Shown: positions 53,701-63,745 of the stretch, piece by piece
Position numbering within the stretch: position 1 is the stretch's first letter
Layout of the letters: each line of letters begins with the position of its first letter
Source of the DNA: Lytechinus pictus
Lineage: Eukaryota
Length of the DNA: 64,000 bases
Assembly (NCBI RefSeq): GCF_037042905.1
Contig: NC_087245.1
Span: forward strand, 7,442,001-7,506,000
Direction of reading: 5' to 3'
Program-made: the position numbers and the translations under genes
The notes under the pieces: generated by a model
What the model was told of the DNA's origin: nothing
Databases searched by the model: none
What the model saw: only the letters and a program-made list of their open reading frames with translations

Positions 53701-56700
53701 AGTTAAACATTCTTTACCATCTGCAAACCCAAAGTATCTTTTAAGATCCATAAATTACCCATAAGAATAGAAAAGATAAAAATTCAAGGGCTTTTTCATT
53801 AAAGAATTTGATATTAGAGATTGATGTACTGTCTGTATATAATTTTATAAATGAAGGAATATCGGAGGGTAACATTTCAGGAGTAATAAATGGAACCAAA
53901 TTAATGTAAAGTACAATCTAAGATGAATGTTTATCTGTAATTAGTGTTGTAGAAGTGATTATTTGATCTTTGTTTTCCCTCTTTAATTCTCAGTAGCAAG
54001 TTAGGCTGTAGATCTTGTGTTGTAATTAGTTTTTATTTTTCCATTTCTGCTTTCAGTGACTAAAATTAGGCCATGATCTAGTTTCCCTTATTGTAACCAT
54101 TCTGTTTAGTAAGCTGTAAAGGTGTTATCCTGTACATAGTATTGATACACCAAACATTATATAAAGTGTACAGTAAAACCTTGCATTTGTCAACCTTACC
54201 AATGTAAAAATTCAGCCAATGTCAAAGCTTCTTACACAACCTATCTCATAAATTACTTATTAGTGCTTTTAAGTCACATAACTCAGATTTAGTCAAAGCT
54301 ATTTTTCAGGGGCATGTTTTCATGATTAGCTACCATAGTAACAGGACTCGACAGCAACTAAAAAACAGAGTTTGCTTGTTAGTCACAGTAATGGCAAAGT
54401 ATCCATCATTTTTTTTTCATAACAGTCCCTTGTTCCAGCTGATTTAATTCAATTTAACTAAATAACTAATTCTTTCAAACATTTGACATTGAAAATTAAA
54501 GCAAAATACTGCTTTTCAAGGAGAATAAACACTCATTGATTTTTTGAAGCAGAGGAAGGGTGGAGGTTGACAAAATTCTTGTTCTCATTTAATAGTAATT
54601 TTATTAAATGAAACTTATCATGGGCTTGTTTATATCAATGCACCAAGTGCTGTTTTACATGTACACTATGATGATTGATATGTAAATTGATCACTGATTT
54701 AATGCTGCGAGACAGAGAGGCACATCATCTTTGAAAAGAGCCCTTGCGACAAGAGGAAAGAAGAGACCAGTACCGGTAGAAGATAGGAAAGAAGAGACGA
54801 GTGATGGTGTATCGTTGATCGATGCTCCTTATAATCCCTCAGACTCTTGCAGTAGTCAGGTGTGTTTGTTAAATCCATCCCTACATACTTCCCTCAGCAT
54901 CGGTTGCCATGGTTACTGTGGAGCACATCATCTCTTTCTAGGATCACTTTATTCACCTCTGTTCTTCAGTAAAACCCTTTTGTAGTTTAGTCCTGTTCCA
55001 CTTTTATAATGTTGATACCAGTGATTGAATACTTGTCCAAGAAGAATATTGAGGAGCCATTGATGGCTTTGAAGGAATCTTATCAGTCACATGGGAGTAT
55101 TCAGTAAAGTGTCTTGCCAGCCTCGGTGATCAGCTGCCAACTAATTTTCCAAGCTATAAAATATATTGCTTTTGATTGACCAAGAAGATATGTGACAGTT
55201 ATGATCTCTGATTCTAGAGAAAATTTCCCCTGTAGCTGTATATTTGGCAATTTTAAAACCAGTAACATATTGAATAGCAATGCCATAGCCTTGAGCCATG
55301 AAAGGCTTCACAAGTTCACCAAATTCATTAAGTTTATACTGTTTTTTAATATTCCAAGTATCCTCAGCAGTCGTCATTTATGGTATGCTTCTGAAGATAT
55401 TTTATATTCTACCTTATTTGAAAAGGGCAAGTGTTGATTTTACACCCATAAATTCACTGGTATAAACACAACATTCACAGTTTATGGTTACCAAATATAC
55501 ACTGATCATGTAGATAAGATAGTAGTTTCTAGCTCTCATCCTCACTTGATCACTCCTGTTTGAGACAATGGTAGAATTAGGTGTTTGGCTGTATAAATTA
55601 ATTAGAAGCACAACACAATACCTCCAATATGTCAATGAGAGAACTCTACACTATCAATTCCTGGATTCTGTGGTGGTTTTGAATAGGTTAAACATACATT
55701 CACTCAGACAAGAAAGACTACTCCACCCATCTGCATTATTTTGTGTAATATCTCTCTGCATTGAAACTATCACTAAATTCTGTATAGTTTTTAGTGTGTA
55801 TTATAGTATTTTCAGATAGAAGTATAAGCTAATATCAGGGGTTGTCTGATTCTAGTGGTAGTTTTTTTTTCTTATTTTTTACATAGGCACTCCCTTAAAG
55901 AAGGTCTTTTTAGTTCAATTGGACTAGCTAGGGCTTGTTCTCATTGCAAATGCTTCCTTATAAAGTCTTCCCTTGAATATTTGGAGGAGCCATGGTGTAG
56001 TGGTTCTGACTCTCGCCTTGTAAACGGAGGGTCGTGTGTTCGAATACCACCACGGTCTGGTGTCCTTTGGCAAGGTGTTAATCCACACTTTGCCACTCTC
56101 GACCCAGGTGCTAAATGAGTACCCGGTAGGATGTGAAAGTCATTGTAGCTTGTCCAGTACTGTGTGTGCCTCACTGGCAACTGACTGGAATACTCCCCAG
56201 GGAGTGGAGGATGTGCACACATTGTGCGCGGGAATGACTGATTTAATCCGATGACCGGGGTAATAATATATCTGTAAAGCGCAATAGACACGTCATCCCG
56301 ATGTATATATTAAGCGCTATATAAAAGCGGATTATTATTATTGATATGAAAAACATACTTAATTGACAATTCCATCAAAAAAGGAATGACATCAGTGTGA
56401 ACAAGCCCAAACCCACAATTCTCCCCTTCTCTCTCATCCTCTCTTCTCCTCTCGTATCCCTCCTTTTTCCTTCCACCTAATTCAGAGGTTGGTTCGTAGA
56501 CGTATGTGGAATAATCCCACATTCATTCAGTCGTGGGTATCTGATGCCATTGAGGAGAATGCAGAGAAGACAAATAAACTAGACTCAGTCACTCCTTCTT
56601 ATAGAGCCATGTCTAGATTACAGGTTTGAAGACAATTTTTCAACTTTAGATTTTGTGAAGCTGCCTTTGTGATGCTGACATTTTTTTTAAATGGTTTGCT

Positions 56701-59700
56701 CCCATCCTTGCATTGCTGTGATTTTGCAATGTGGTGATACAGTGATCAAGAAAGATTGCGTTGAGATAAATGATTTGCAGTTTTGATCCATATTGAAATT
56801 TTAGATTACATCCAAATGGGTCTCATCAGTGCTTTGGTCATTTTGAAAATTCTAAGCTATTCATCAATTTCATGTGACCTACATATTTATGTCTATGCAT
56901 ATTTTAAACTAAATTTTATTATGATGTCAAGATTTAACCATAGAGAAAAGAAGATATTTTCTAAAAAGTTTTGTTAGTGAATTATTACTGTCTTCCAAAT
57001 TTGATTATTGATAATATTGGTCTTCTGTTTCACCACTTTGTGATATCTCAATCAGCTTAGGGTTGGTTCCTGGATATATTCTTTCTTTCTGATGCTATAT
57101 GACTTTTCTTTAGGGTGAAAGGAATGCTCTTGTATTTTTCATCTTTTCTTAAATCATACTGTGTTAAACTACAGGGTTCTTTTTGTTCTGATGGCCTTCT
57201 TTTGTTCTGATGGCCTTCTTCACTTCGAATATTTGATTTCTTTTCTATTGGCTTTTAATGAGCTGCGCCTTGATAAAAATTTGCCTCTTATTCTGATCTA
57301 TATTGAACTTTTCATCTCCTGACTGAAACCTGCTTCTGCCCTTGTTATCCTTTCCTCTTTATAATGAAAATTTTACAGAAAGGCAGCAAATGATTCAAAA
57401 TTTTCACGCTATTTTCACCTTATATCCTTATGCTTTGCATCAAGCTTTTCTTAGAATTTTCCCTTGCAGAGACTTCCCCTTTTCCTTTTTGCTGTGTGTT
57501 TTGTTTGCTCTCCATTCTTTTGCACATACTGGAATCGGAAAAAAAAATAATTCACTGAATAAATGGTGTAAGGTATATACAGAAAAATATGAGCTTAAAA
57601 CGGAATTTAGCTTTATTCAAATTCTGTTCAAGTGTGAGCATTGATGGATGGGTCATGTATTATATCTTTGTCAATTTCATGAGTATTTCTTTACTTTATT
57701 GACAAAGGAAATACCATTTGTGGCACAATACACTCTGAATATGAGGTGGTTGGATTATGGATTTATATCTCCTATTGATTTAAGTACATGTGTATACTTG
57801 AAATAATTAAGTGACAGTAATGAATGAAAGTTCTTTAAATAAATTCATTTAAAATGAACTTTGGAAACTTGTATTAATCTTTTAAAGATTGCCTTATTCA
57901 ATATAATGTATTTTCCATTTCCACTATTGCTACCATGGATACTGACCTCTTGTAATGATAGGATGCTAAAAAGCACCTTGCTATAACCTTGAAATCCGAG
58001 GATGAATCAAAGTCATCCCACCAACCCCAAGACTGCAATGCTTTCCCCATTGAAGCCAGACAGTATGATCTACTACCAATCCATGACACCAGGGTTCTAG
58101 CGAGCGCTACCAATGCAAGACTGAAGGGTCTCTACATGGACACGAGGCCCTTTCATGGTAACTACCATGGCAAGAGTAGATCAGGGTTCACAGGCAAGAA
58201 GCTACCTCAACTGTACGGTCGTGAGGGAACATCCACCCTCTATCGTCTCATCAAACCAAAGACAATGGAAGTACCACATAGATTAGGCCAGGAGAGATGT
58301 GTGACGGAGCTAGGAGAAGCTAACCAGTATGTGGTGTATGGACCAGAAGAATCAGATGAGAATGTAGAGGATCCTTTTATCATATCTTGACACGTCGAGT
58401 GGTGTGGATTTGCACTGAGTGATCTAGCATGGGCTAACAACAATCACTTTCAAGAATTTGTAGTCTTCACATTGGATTCCTTATCACCACATTCCCTTAA
58501 GATTTTGAGGGTAGTCTATGGTCTTCAAAGGATTCATAGGCCAGTTCCACCTGAATCGTTCTGTAGCAGTACATATTGTGCAAGATGACATTTCAGGATG
58601 ATTTTCAAATGTTGAAGTAATCATTACATAACCATTTAAGATTGTTTATCCTTTCTGATACCTGTTGCTACTTATGGGGTTTTTTTTTTTGCATAAGATA
58701 CATCAAATAGTTTGTTTTGTAGGTTGTCATTTCATTCAAGATTTATAAAGTTTAGTCTTGTTTAGAATGATGAAAACAAAATTATTTGAAAATTACTGTT
58801 TTACTTGCTTTTGGCTTTTTTTTTTATAGTTAATGACAAGTTTATAGGAAATTCAGATAATATGTGTTCTGTATCAATTAATAAGATAATGTGTGATTGA
58901 TCTGTATATTTTTATTAGAAGGTCTACATGACATATTTTAGACTGTTCATTAGAAAATCATTTTGAAACGTCATTCCACATTACTGTGAATCATGCACAT
59001 GTACAAAAAAAGTGGTTTAATGTTTAGTTAGTTCAAAGTGGTAACCACTGCATGATTATCGATCTGAACTCACATAAGGGGCCTGTTTCATAAAGGACTT
59101 ACAACTACTGTAACTTTGCCATTATGGCAACTACCATGGTAACAGGGCTCAGCAGCCAATCATAATCAAGGTTTCCATGCTATTTGCCATAATAGCAAGT
59201 TACCATAGTTGTATCTCTTTATGAAATGGGCCCCTGATCTTTTTTTTTGCAGACACTATAAAAAAGATCTTGTATGTAGCCACATGCAAAGTGATCCATA
59301 TTAAATAAATTCATCAGGTACTCAAATATAAATCTATCAACAAAGATTGCTTAGCTGGGAACCAGTCACAATAGTGAGGGTACCCTTATTGGCTTAAAAC
59401 AGAAATCAGATTATTTCAGGTGGTACTGGCCTTGCAGATTACACAGTCTTAGCACATTCTAGTCACTCAAGTCTATCTTCACTTTAAAGGTTAACAAGAC
59501 TCATCCTTTTCTATTTCCAAAGTAATAGTTTATTGATAATGATATTGAGTGATGTTTATACTGTAATTTTAGTAGTTGACAAGTGCAGAAATATTAGGGA
59601 GGCAAGACAAGTTTTGTCATTGACACATATCTAGTGAATAGATGATTTTGATTGACTACTGCGGATATTAACAGATCTTAACAGACCATTGATTCCATCA

Positions 59701-62700
59701 TGTTTTGTGACATATTGAATATAAAAAGTGGAAATGTAGAACTTTGTCATGAATAGACATGCATCACTGCTGTACGTCTTTCCGATGCACTTAAGTTTGT
59801 GTGGAAGTAGAATTGCACAATGAACACTATTTACCAGTACATACATCATACATTCATACATAGTATGCATACGTACATAAATGAGTTTTTTGCACTGTTA
59901 AAGATGATATCTTTGAATTGTAATGGAAAATTATAAAGTCCAACACATTATGCACATGCAGTATGATTGCACAAATACTCATCTACATGTATAACATCAC
60001 TTTATTAAAAAAAAAAACATGACAAAAGTAAAGCTCCATATATACAACATTGGGTTCCAGTTTGAAAGAGCATTGATTTTAACCAGATTGATCACTAATA
60101 ATACTAATTATTAATTTTTGAAATTGTTTAGATTTATTTATACAGGTTACTAAAATGATAAATTGCTGCTGTTCATAAAAGATAGTTGATTTATTGATCA
60201 GTAGGCCTATAGCAAGCAACTTTCTGAAATGCAAACAGATAAAAAGGCAATGAAACGTTTCTTGCAGATTATTCAATGACAGTACTGTAGCTTTATCAAG
60301 AACATCAAATTTCTTGCTGCTGTATACAATTTAAACCAATTCACAAGAAGCTTTATCCATAGCTCAATTCTTATGCTCACTTTGATGCACTCAAACTGCA
60401 ATTTGCAATATGTTGCCTGTTTCAATGTATCTACATACCTACTAATGTGTTATAACTTATATTCAGACTAATGTGTGTGAAACGCTGATATAAATGTGTA
60501 CTGTATGTGATCCGTTGCAGAAAGATTTGCAATCATATTTTGTTCTAAAAATCCACAGCAACTTGATTTTGCAAAAATCAGAAATGAGTATTTATGATCT
60601 TTGATATATTTTGCCATTACGTTTAAACTCGAGCGTAAAAGTATTTCTGCATTTAGCCCTTTTTCTACAAAGCCAGGCAGATTATGGCCAATAAGTTGCA
60701 AAACAGATTTTGTTCATGACAATTAACTAAATGAGGAAAAAAATACTATTTAATTTTTGTCAATTTGTGCTTTTTTTCTGGATATGGGGCCTGTTGGAGA
60801 AAAAGATTACAATTCCCAAAAAATTAAACTTGTCTTGATTGCGTTTGATTTTTTTATATATAGTTCTGTCTGCAATGGGACACAAGTCACATATAATGCA
60901 TTATGAAAAAGAATTATATTTTGTATGTATGTTTTTTTCTTTTGCTTCTCTTCATTTGATGCTCATCATACATATATCATTGGTAAGGAATGTATATGAA
61001 AGAAAGCAACACTATGTTCATTTGTATTTTTTTCATGTGTGATTGTTATTATAAGGCAGATGATTATGCGTGTTTGACAATTTTCTTTTCAAATGTATTT
61101 TTTTTAATGAAAGAAGAAAGTTGTTGTACTTTAGATATTTTTTCCTCTTTGCCAAAGCCTTTATTTATCATACTACATATTTAAGCAAGTGTGTCATTGA
61201 AATGAAATTAACTTTTTGGAAAGTGGCTATTGTTCATAAGTGTGCATGATTTAATAATTTGGACCATATGCAAGCGTGGAGGGGATTTGACCAAAAAATA
61301 ACTGTTCTTCTTTCTTGATTTATTTCCCATTATTATTCTTGTCTAAAGGCAGGCTTTATGTATTTCATGTTTATTTACCTTTTTTTCAATTCTGATTTGT
61401 GTTTGTATGATATTTCTCTGCCTTTGCCTACAGACTTTCCGAATTGGTAAATGCACACAGGCCGTCAAGAAATACCCTCCATTTGTTAACCGGTACGCCA
61501 AACGTTCTAATCATGGTATCCCAATGTTTTCTCAAGAGAGAATACAAGAAAGAGCTAAGGTAAGTTGGAGCTACTTCTTAAAGAACAGTCATTGGTCTTC
61601 TTTGCTTATTTGCTTTTTATCTCATTTGATGTGCATGCGCTTTATAAATCATGTATACTTTTCACTTGAGTAGGGGCCATGTCTCTGTAAGTATTGGTCT
61701 CTAATCCAGTGGTTGAAATCAAGTTGATATTTGTCATCTTTGGGTGGGAATGTGCATTAGTTAAAATGAGAGTTTTCTTGGAGCTTCATATGTATGTAGT
61801 CTGTCCTGCACTATGTGTTTTTGTATGGATCTTGCAAGGAATATTAATTTTTAATTACATGTTGATGTCAAATGGTGTTGGTAATATAACTTTCTATATA
61901 GATAATATAAAAGTATAAGATGAATCAAATCAGCAATGCATAAAATCATGTTAAATCAGTGAAATGGAACAATGTGATAAAGTGGGAAAAAACAAACCAA
62001 ATGTATGAAGTGCCATTGAAATTAACCCAACCCAACCCCCAATATATATACACTATATACATGTATATATATATTTTTTTTTTAACTGCCGAAGTGATTG
62101 ATTCAATTTAGAAAAAAAAAATGTTGAATAATAATTGCTCTGAATTATATTGTGGAAACCGACAACTCCTTTTTGATAACTTTGTTTGTACCGTTTCGTC
62201 TCTATAATTTCTTCAACAAGCAGCATGAAATATATTTTTATAATATTAAGCAAATAAGTTTGTGTGGATTATTTTCCCAAGTTTTGTTCATCCTATAACA
62301 TCATCCAATAACTAATGGGATTCCATTTTTTTCTAATTCCTTCTCCAATCCAAAATACTTCACTTGCTGTTTCCCTTGCAACCATTTGATATGAAATTCA
62401 TATATCACCATTACGATCATATTGTGTGATATTTCCCCTGATACTATGGGAATGCTTTCAAATCTACCACGTGGGTAAATGCTTGAATGGCTCTTACTCC
62501 TGCTTCCTTTGCCTTTCATAATCATTCTCCATGAAAATGTTTCATATGGCACCTCATCATCAACCCCCTTGCCCACCGATCCCAACCATAATGTATTACC
62601 CCTGATTACTGGTTGATTCCCAATGGTTTCCTGTGGTACTATTCCTATCAATCTCCATCATCTCCACCAATGCCATCAACATACCCACCATCATCATCCA

Positions 62701-62880
62701 TCATCTGCAATGTTCCTGCTGTTTCACCATCATACCATTCCATGCAACCACCTGTGAAACCACCACCTGTTACCACCACTGCTTTACCCCGGTACCACCC
62801 ATACCCTATAGCTGCGCATGGAAGCAACCAAGTGTGGTGATCAGGACACCGGTGGTGGGGAGGAAAATGCCCTCGATCAG
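23609..62880 (+). CDS. AGBL2: Cytosolic carboxypeptidase 2/3-like (Nna1/AGBL2-AGBL3 group, M14D tubulin deglutamylase); multi-exon gene, probably continuing beyond the window
   Basis: Spliced frame contains [71 protein letters not shown] and FTLEATFCG. All introns are GT-AG with consistent phases. AGBL2 and AGBL3 cannot be told apart here; the gene is likely co-orthologous or a lineage paralog. Confidence 0.92.
24435..24533 (+). CDS. CCP gene exon ([33 protein letters not shown]), phase 1-1
   Basis: ttttaagcag| acceptor, aaag|gtaatt donor, 99-nt open frame with coiled-coil-like composition. Confidence 0.75.
25334..25342 (+). CDS. Candidate 9-nt microexon (adds A-P-E), phase 1-1
   Basis: cattctttag|ctcctgaag|gtaaat, frame-preserving. 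Confidence 0.4.
26905..27067 (+). CDS. CCP gene exon ([21 protein letters not shown]...KKKEEEK), phase 1-2
   Basis: ttattcag| acceptor, ag|gtggga donor, open frame joining the next exon. Confidence 0.85.
27289..28070 (+). mobile_element. Helentron/HINE (DINE-1-like) element with an internal ~120-bp tandem array
   Basis: 5' tttatatgcccccgc..gggggcat IR followed by (tccg)n, 4-5 units with 'gatgacaccaaaatacaggc..ggtcaaaggtcacagctcatt', then 3' gcggggg, a gtgtcc-ttt-ggacac hairpin and ctagtt. Confidence 0.8.
28184..28500 (+). mobile_element. Decayed tRNA-derived SINE
   Basis: A-box-like tggtctagtgg and B-box-like gagtttgaatc in a tRNA-like head, followed by a non-tRNA body. The 3' end is approximate. 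Confidence 0.55.
28642..29234 (+). CDS. CCP gene exon (RSLTLEEC...[31 protein letters not shown]), phase 2-1
   Basis: ttcctag| acceptor, cat g|gtaaga donor, 593-nt open frame ending in the CCP2/3-type WP..C..H..P..EP motif. Confidence 0.9.
30030..30581 (+). mobile_element. Truncated second copy of the HINE-like element at 383-1391, opposite orientation
   Basis: tttttgtctcacctgcatagcagagtgagactataggcgccgcttttccg... is the reverse complement of the 1391 end, followed by ~140-bp units. Confidence 0.85.
30582..31718 (-). pseudogene. Decayed L1/Tx1-clade LINE ORF2, APE-endonuclease region only
   Basis: [47 protein letters not shown] and YRSDH motifs. Contains stops, frameshifts and an insertion; no RT domain visible. 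Confidence 0.9.
31481..31608 (+). mobile_element. 128-bp 5'-truncated retroposon tail inserted in LINE ORF2
   Basis: Ends in an A-run plus (attca)n and is flanked by caac. Removing it restores the ADIC-CLLD reading. Confidence 0.65.
33581..35254. mobile_element. Tc1/mariner-pogo-like non-autonomous element, TA TSD
   Basis: Perfect 24-bp TIR ggggagaccggggttagttggaac / gttccaactaaccccggtctcccc, TA on both sides, internal ggggtaagttggaac repeats. Confidence 0.85.
34040..34681. mobile_element. piggyBac-like MITE fragment nested in the previous element (left boundary approximate)
   Basis: Ends gggggg-ctcaaattga-cccccc...ataaggg|ttaa, a CCC terminus next to TTAA. Confidence 0.5.
35591..36430 (-). 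pseudogene. Decayed L1/Tx1-type ORF1 (coiled coil, RRM, CTD)
   Basis: Coiled-coil segment followed by [27 protein letters not shown], then a frameshift into ..[16 protein letters not shown]. Confidence 0.75.
36712..37621 (+). mobile_element. tRNA-derived SINE with L2-like (att)n tail, interrupted at 36997-37554
   Basis: Colinear with the intact copy at 55983-56342. Confidence 0.85.
36997..37554. mobile_element. Non-autonomous DNA element with a 2-bp AT TSD (ISL2EU-like)
   Basis: Short imperfect TIR agagacttttag / ctaaaagtgctca. The AT duplication is deduced from the empty site in the 55983 SINE. Confidence 0.6.
38024..38501. mobile_element. PIF/Harbinger-like MITE, AAT TSD
   Basis: 22-bp TIR aggtggtttcaaaccgcctcga / tcgaggcggtctgaaaccacct with aat on both sides. 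Confidence 0.85.
41071..41473 (+). mobile_element. TTAA-flanked MITE (Kolobok-like), intact young copy
   Basis: ttaa-aggtaaatgctag...ggaatttctct-ttaa with the internal palindrome gagcgtcgggcccgacgctc. Confidence 0.85.
45082..45381 (+). CDS. CCP gene alternative or duplicated exon (MTMKSS...[32 protein letters not shown]), phase 1-1, with its own ATG at 45084
   Basis: gtcctacag| acceptor, tat g|gtaagt donor, 300-nt open frame. Its 3' end is homologous to the end of exon 28642-29234. The 5' boundary is less certain. Confidence 0.8.
45470..45790 (+). repeat. Degenerate (TTTTG)n low-complexity tract
   Basis: Repeated ttttg/tgttc/tgtcc pentamers. Confidence 0.85.
46042..46234 (+). CDS. CCP exon (VPQDGR...[15 protein letters not shown]), phase 1-2
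   Basis: Splice sites and the CCP N-terminal domain motif FESGNL. Confidence 0.95.
46490..46644 (+). CDS. CCP exon (GQFEYDL...HTQWYYF...SLYNH), phase 2-1
   Basis: Splice sites and the conserved QWYYF motif. Confidence 0.95.
47214..47371 (+). CDS. CCP exon (GMRPLIYS...GWVRAG...LEWQM), phase 1-0
   Basis: Splice sites and conserved motifs. Confidence 0.95.
47807..47993 (+). CDS. CCP exon ([19 protein letters not shown]...[12 protein letters not shown]), phase 0-1
   Basis: Splice sites and the YPF/YPY motif at the start of the carboxypeptidase domain. Confidence 0.95.
48454..48572 (+). CDS. CCP exon (..[18 protein letters not shown]), zinc ligands HxxE, phase 1-0
   Basis: Splice sites and the HPGE motif. 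Confidence 0.97.
49218..49406 (+). CDS. CCP exon ([26 protein letters not shown]..), phase 0-0
   Basis: Splice sites and M14 NPDG and NR motifs. Confidence 0.97.
49841..49981 (+). CDS. CCP exon ([14 protein letters not shown]...LLSQK), third zinc ligand, phase 0-0
   Basis: Splice sites and the DxHGH motif. Confidence 0.97.
50365..50513 (+). CDS. CCP exon (APDKFSF...[18 protein letters not shown]), catalytic Glu, phase 0-2
   Basis: Splice sites and the FTLE motif. Confidence 0.97.
50920..51018 (+). CDS. CCP exon ([25 protein letters not shown]..), phase 2-2
   Basis: Splice sites; typical C-terminal helix of the CCP domain. Confidence 0.93.
51448..51572 (+). CDS. CCP exon ([16 protein letters not shown]...KDVKQ), phase 2-1
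   Basis: ttcccag| acceptor, g|gtgggt donor, frame continuity. Confidence 0.88.
51967..52156 (+). CDS. CCP exon (GQKSKKHGG...KEFAES), phase 1-2
   Basis: ttctag| acceptor, ga|gtaagt donor, open frame. Confidence 0.88.
52678..52804 (+). CDS. CCP exon ([30 protein letters not shown]..), phase 2-0
   Basis: tttttag| acceptor, gag|gtgagc donor; Ser/acidic stretch followed by a basic cluster. Confidence 0.9.
53255..53299 (+). CDS. CCP exon ([15 protein letters not shown]), phase 0-0
   Basis: tttgtacag| acceptor, aag|gtaagg donor, 45 nt. Confidence 0.82.
54716..54859 (+). CDS. CCP exon ([18 protein letters not shown]...SCSSQ), phase 0-0, probable cassette
   Basis: Atypical acceptor gcgagacag|, donor cag|gtgtgt, 144-nt open frame. 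Confidence 0.65.
55983..56342 (+). mobile_element. tRNA-derived SINE (TGT anticodon-like loop) with L2-like tail, intact
   Basis: A box tggtgtagtgg, B box gttcgaatacc, body tcctttggcaagg..cgacccaggtg, tail tgtaaagcgc..agcgctatataaa..(att)n. Confidence 0.88.
56486..56623 (+). CDS. CCP exon ([25 protein letters not shown]...MSRLQ), phase 0-0
   Basis: Long pyrimidine tract and ttcag| acceptor, cag|gtttga donor, 138-nt open frame. Confidence 0.72.
57962..58390 (+). CDS. CCP alternative terminal coding exon ([15 protein letters not shown]...EDPFIIS*)
   Basis: actgac branch-like motif and gatag| acceptor, phase 0, 142 codons to TGA, coding-like base composition. Confidence 0.7.
   Translation, partial: DAKKHLAITLKSEDESKSSHQPQDCNAFPIEARQYDLLPIHDTRVLASATNARLKGLYMDTRPFHGNYHGKSRSGFTGKKLPQLYGREGTSTLYRLIKPKTMEVPHRLGQERCVTELGEANQYVVYGPEESDENVEDPFIIS
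59078..59234 (+). mobile_element. Short Harbinger-like MITE
   Basis: ggggcctgtttcataaag / ctttatgaaatgggcccc with taa/tga flanks. Confidence 0.75.
61434..61559 (+). CDS. CCP exon ([42 protein letters not shown]), phase 0-0
   Basis: Strong cctacag| acceptor and aag|gtaagt donor, 126-nt open frame. Confidence 0.85.
62812..62880 (+). CDS. CCP exon ([23 protein letters not shown]), phase 0-0, after a long AG-free zone
   Basis: Begins at the first AG in 528 nt (62810-62811), cag|gtatgc donor, 69 nt in frame. Confidence 0.75.
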
Positions 62881-63538
62881 GTATGCTAACATTATTAACT
62901 CATAAAATTTCATTTTGGTATGTTAAGTGAAAAGGGTGCCAATGCTGTATAGATATAAACATTATATATTTCAATGCAGACATAATATAGCTCATAATTG
63001 CTTTTGTATAGTCAGTTTAGCCATCGTATATCTCAAGCCTTTCACAATCATTCAAATCTCAAAGGACTAGCGAAAAGCATTTATTGGTATTGGTATACAT
63101 GTACAGTATGTTGATTCCACATCCCCCCTGCTTACATGATTTTTGGATGACACTGATATTTCAAATTCTATCTTCAATTTTTTTAGACCGTATGGAGGTC
63201 TGTTTGCTGTTGGTGTCTATTGAATTGCAGTTATGTCATGCAGTTTTTATTTTGAATTAGCTTACAAATTAATGTAAAGATATTACAAATGAAAGTATTG
63301 ATTGTTGAGTGCACAGTGCTATCTTCTACTATTTTTCATGAATTATTATACTGCCTTATTATATTCTTATGCATTATGATATATCAATATTTGCATGTAG
63401 ATATTTGCATATGAATATTTGTCATTTACTCCTGAGGAAGACAAAGGATTGTTGAAAATTTGAGGCGTTTAATAAACATTCGACTGGCAAAAGCATTAAC
63501 TGTTGTTTTTTTTGCATGTAATTAAAATATGCATAACT

Positions 63539-63700
63539 GGGACCCATTTCATAAAGGACGTACAACTGTTGTAACTTTGCTACTATGGCAACTACTACCA
63601 TGGTAATAGGCCTCAGCAGCCAATCACAATCAAGATTTTCATGGTAGTTGTCATCATGGCAGCATTACCATAGTAATAACTATTCATGAAATGGGCTCCC
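63539..63700 (+). mobile_element. Short Harbinger-like MITE (same family as 59078)
   Basis: gggacccatttcataaag / tcatgaaatgggctccc with a shared interior. Confidence 0.7.
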
Positions 63701-63724
63701 ATAATTGTGCTTACTTCTTTACAG

Positions 63725-63745
63725 GCACCTATGAATGCTTCAAAG
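63725..63745 (+). CDS. Candidate 21-nt microexon (APMNASK), phase 0-0
   Basis: cttctttacag|gcacctatgaatgcttcaaag|gtattc. Confidence 0.45.

Noticed and set aside
62301..62905. Pro/Ser-rich + strand ORFs and a 116-aa - strand ORF
   Set aside because: Better explained by the biased AG-free, CA-rich intron composition. No acceptor exists within the zone to splice the + frames, and the supported exon uses a third frame.
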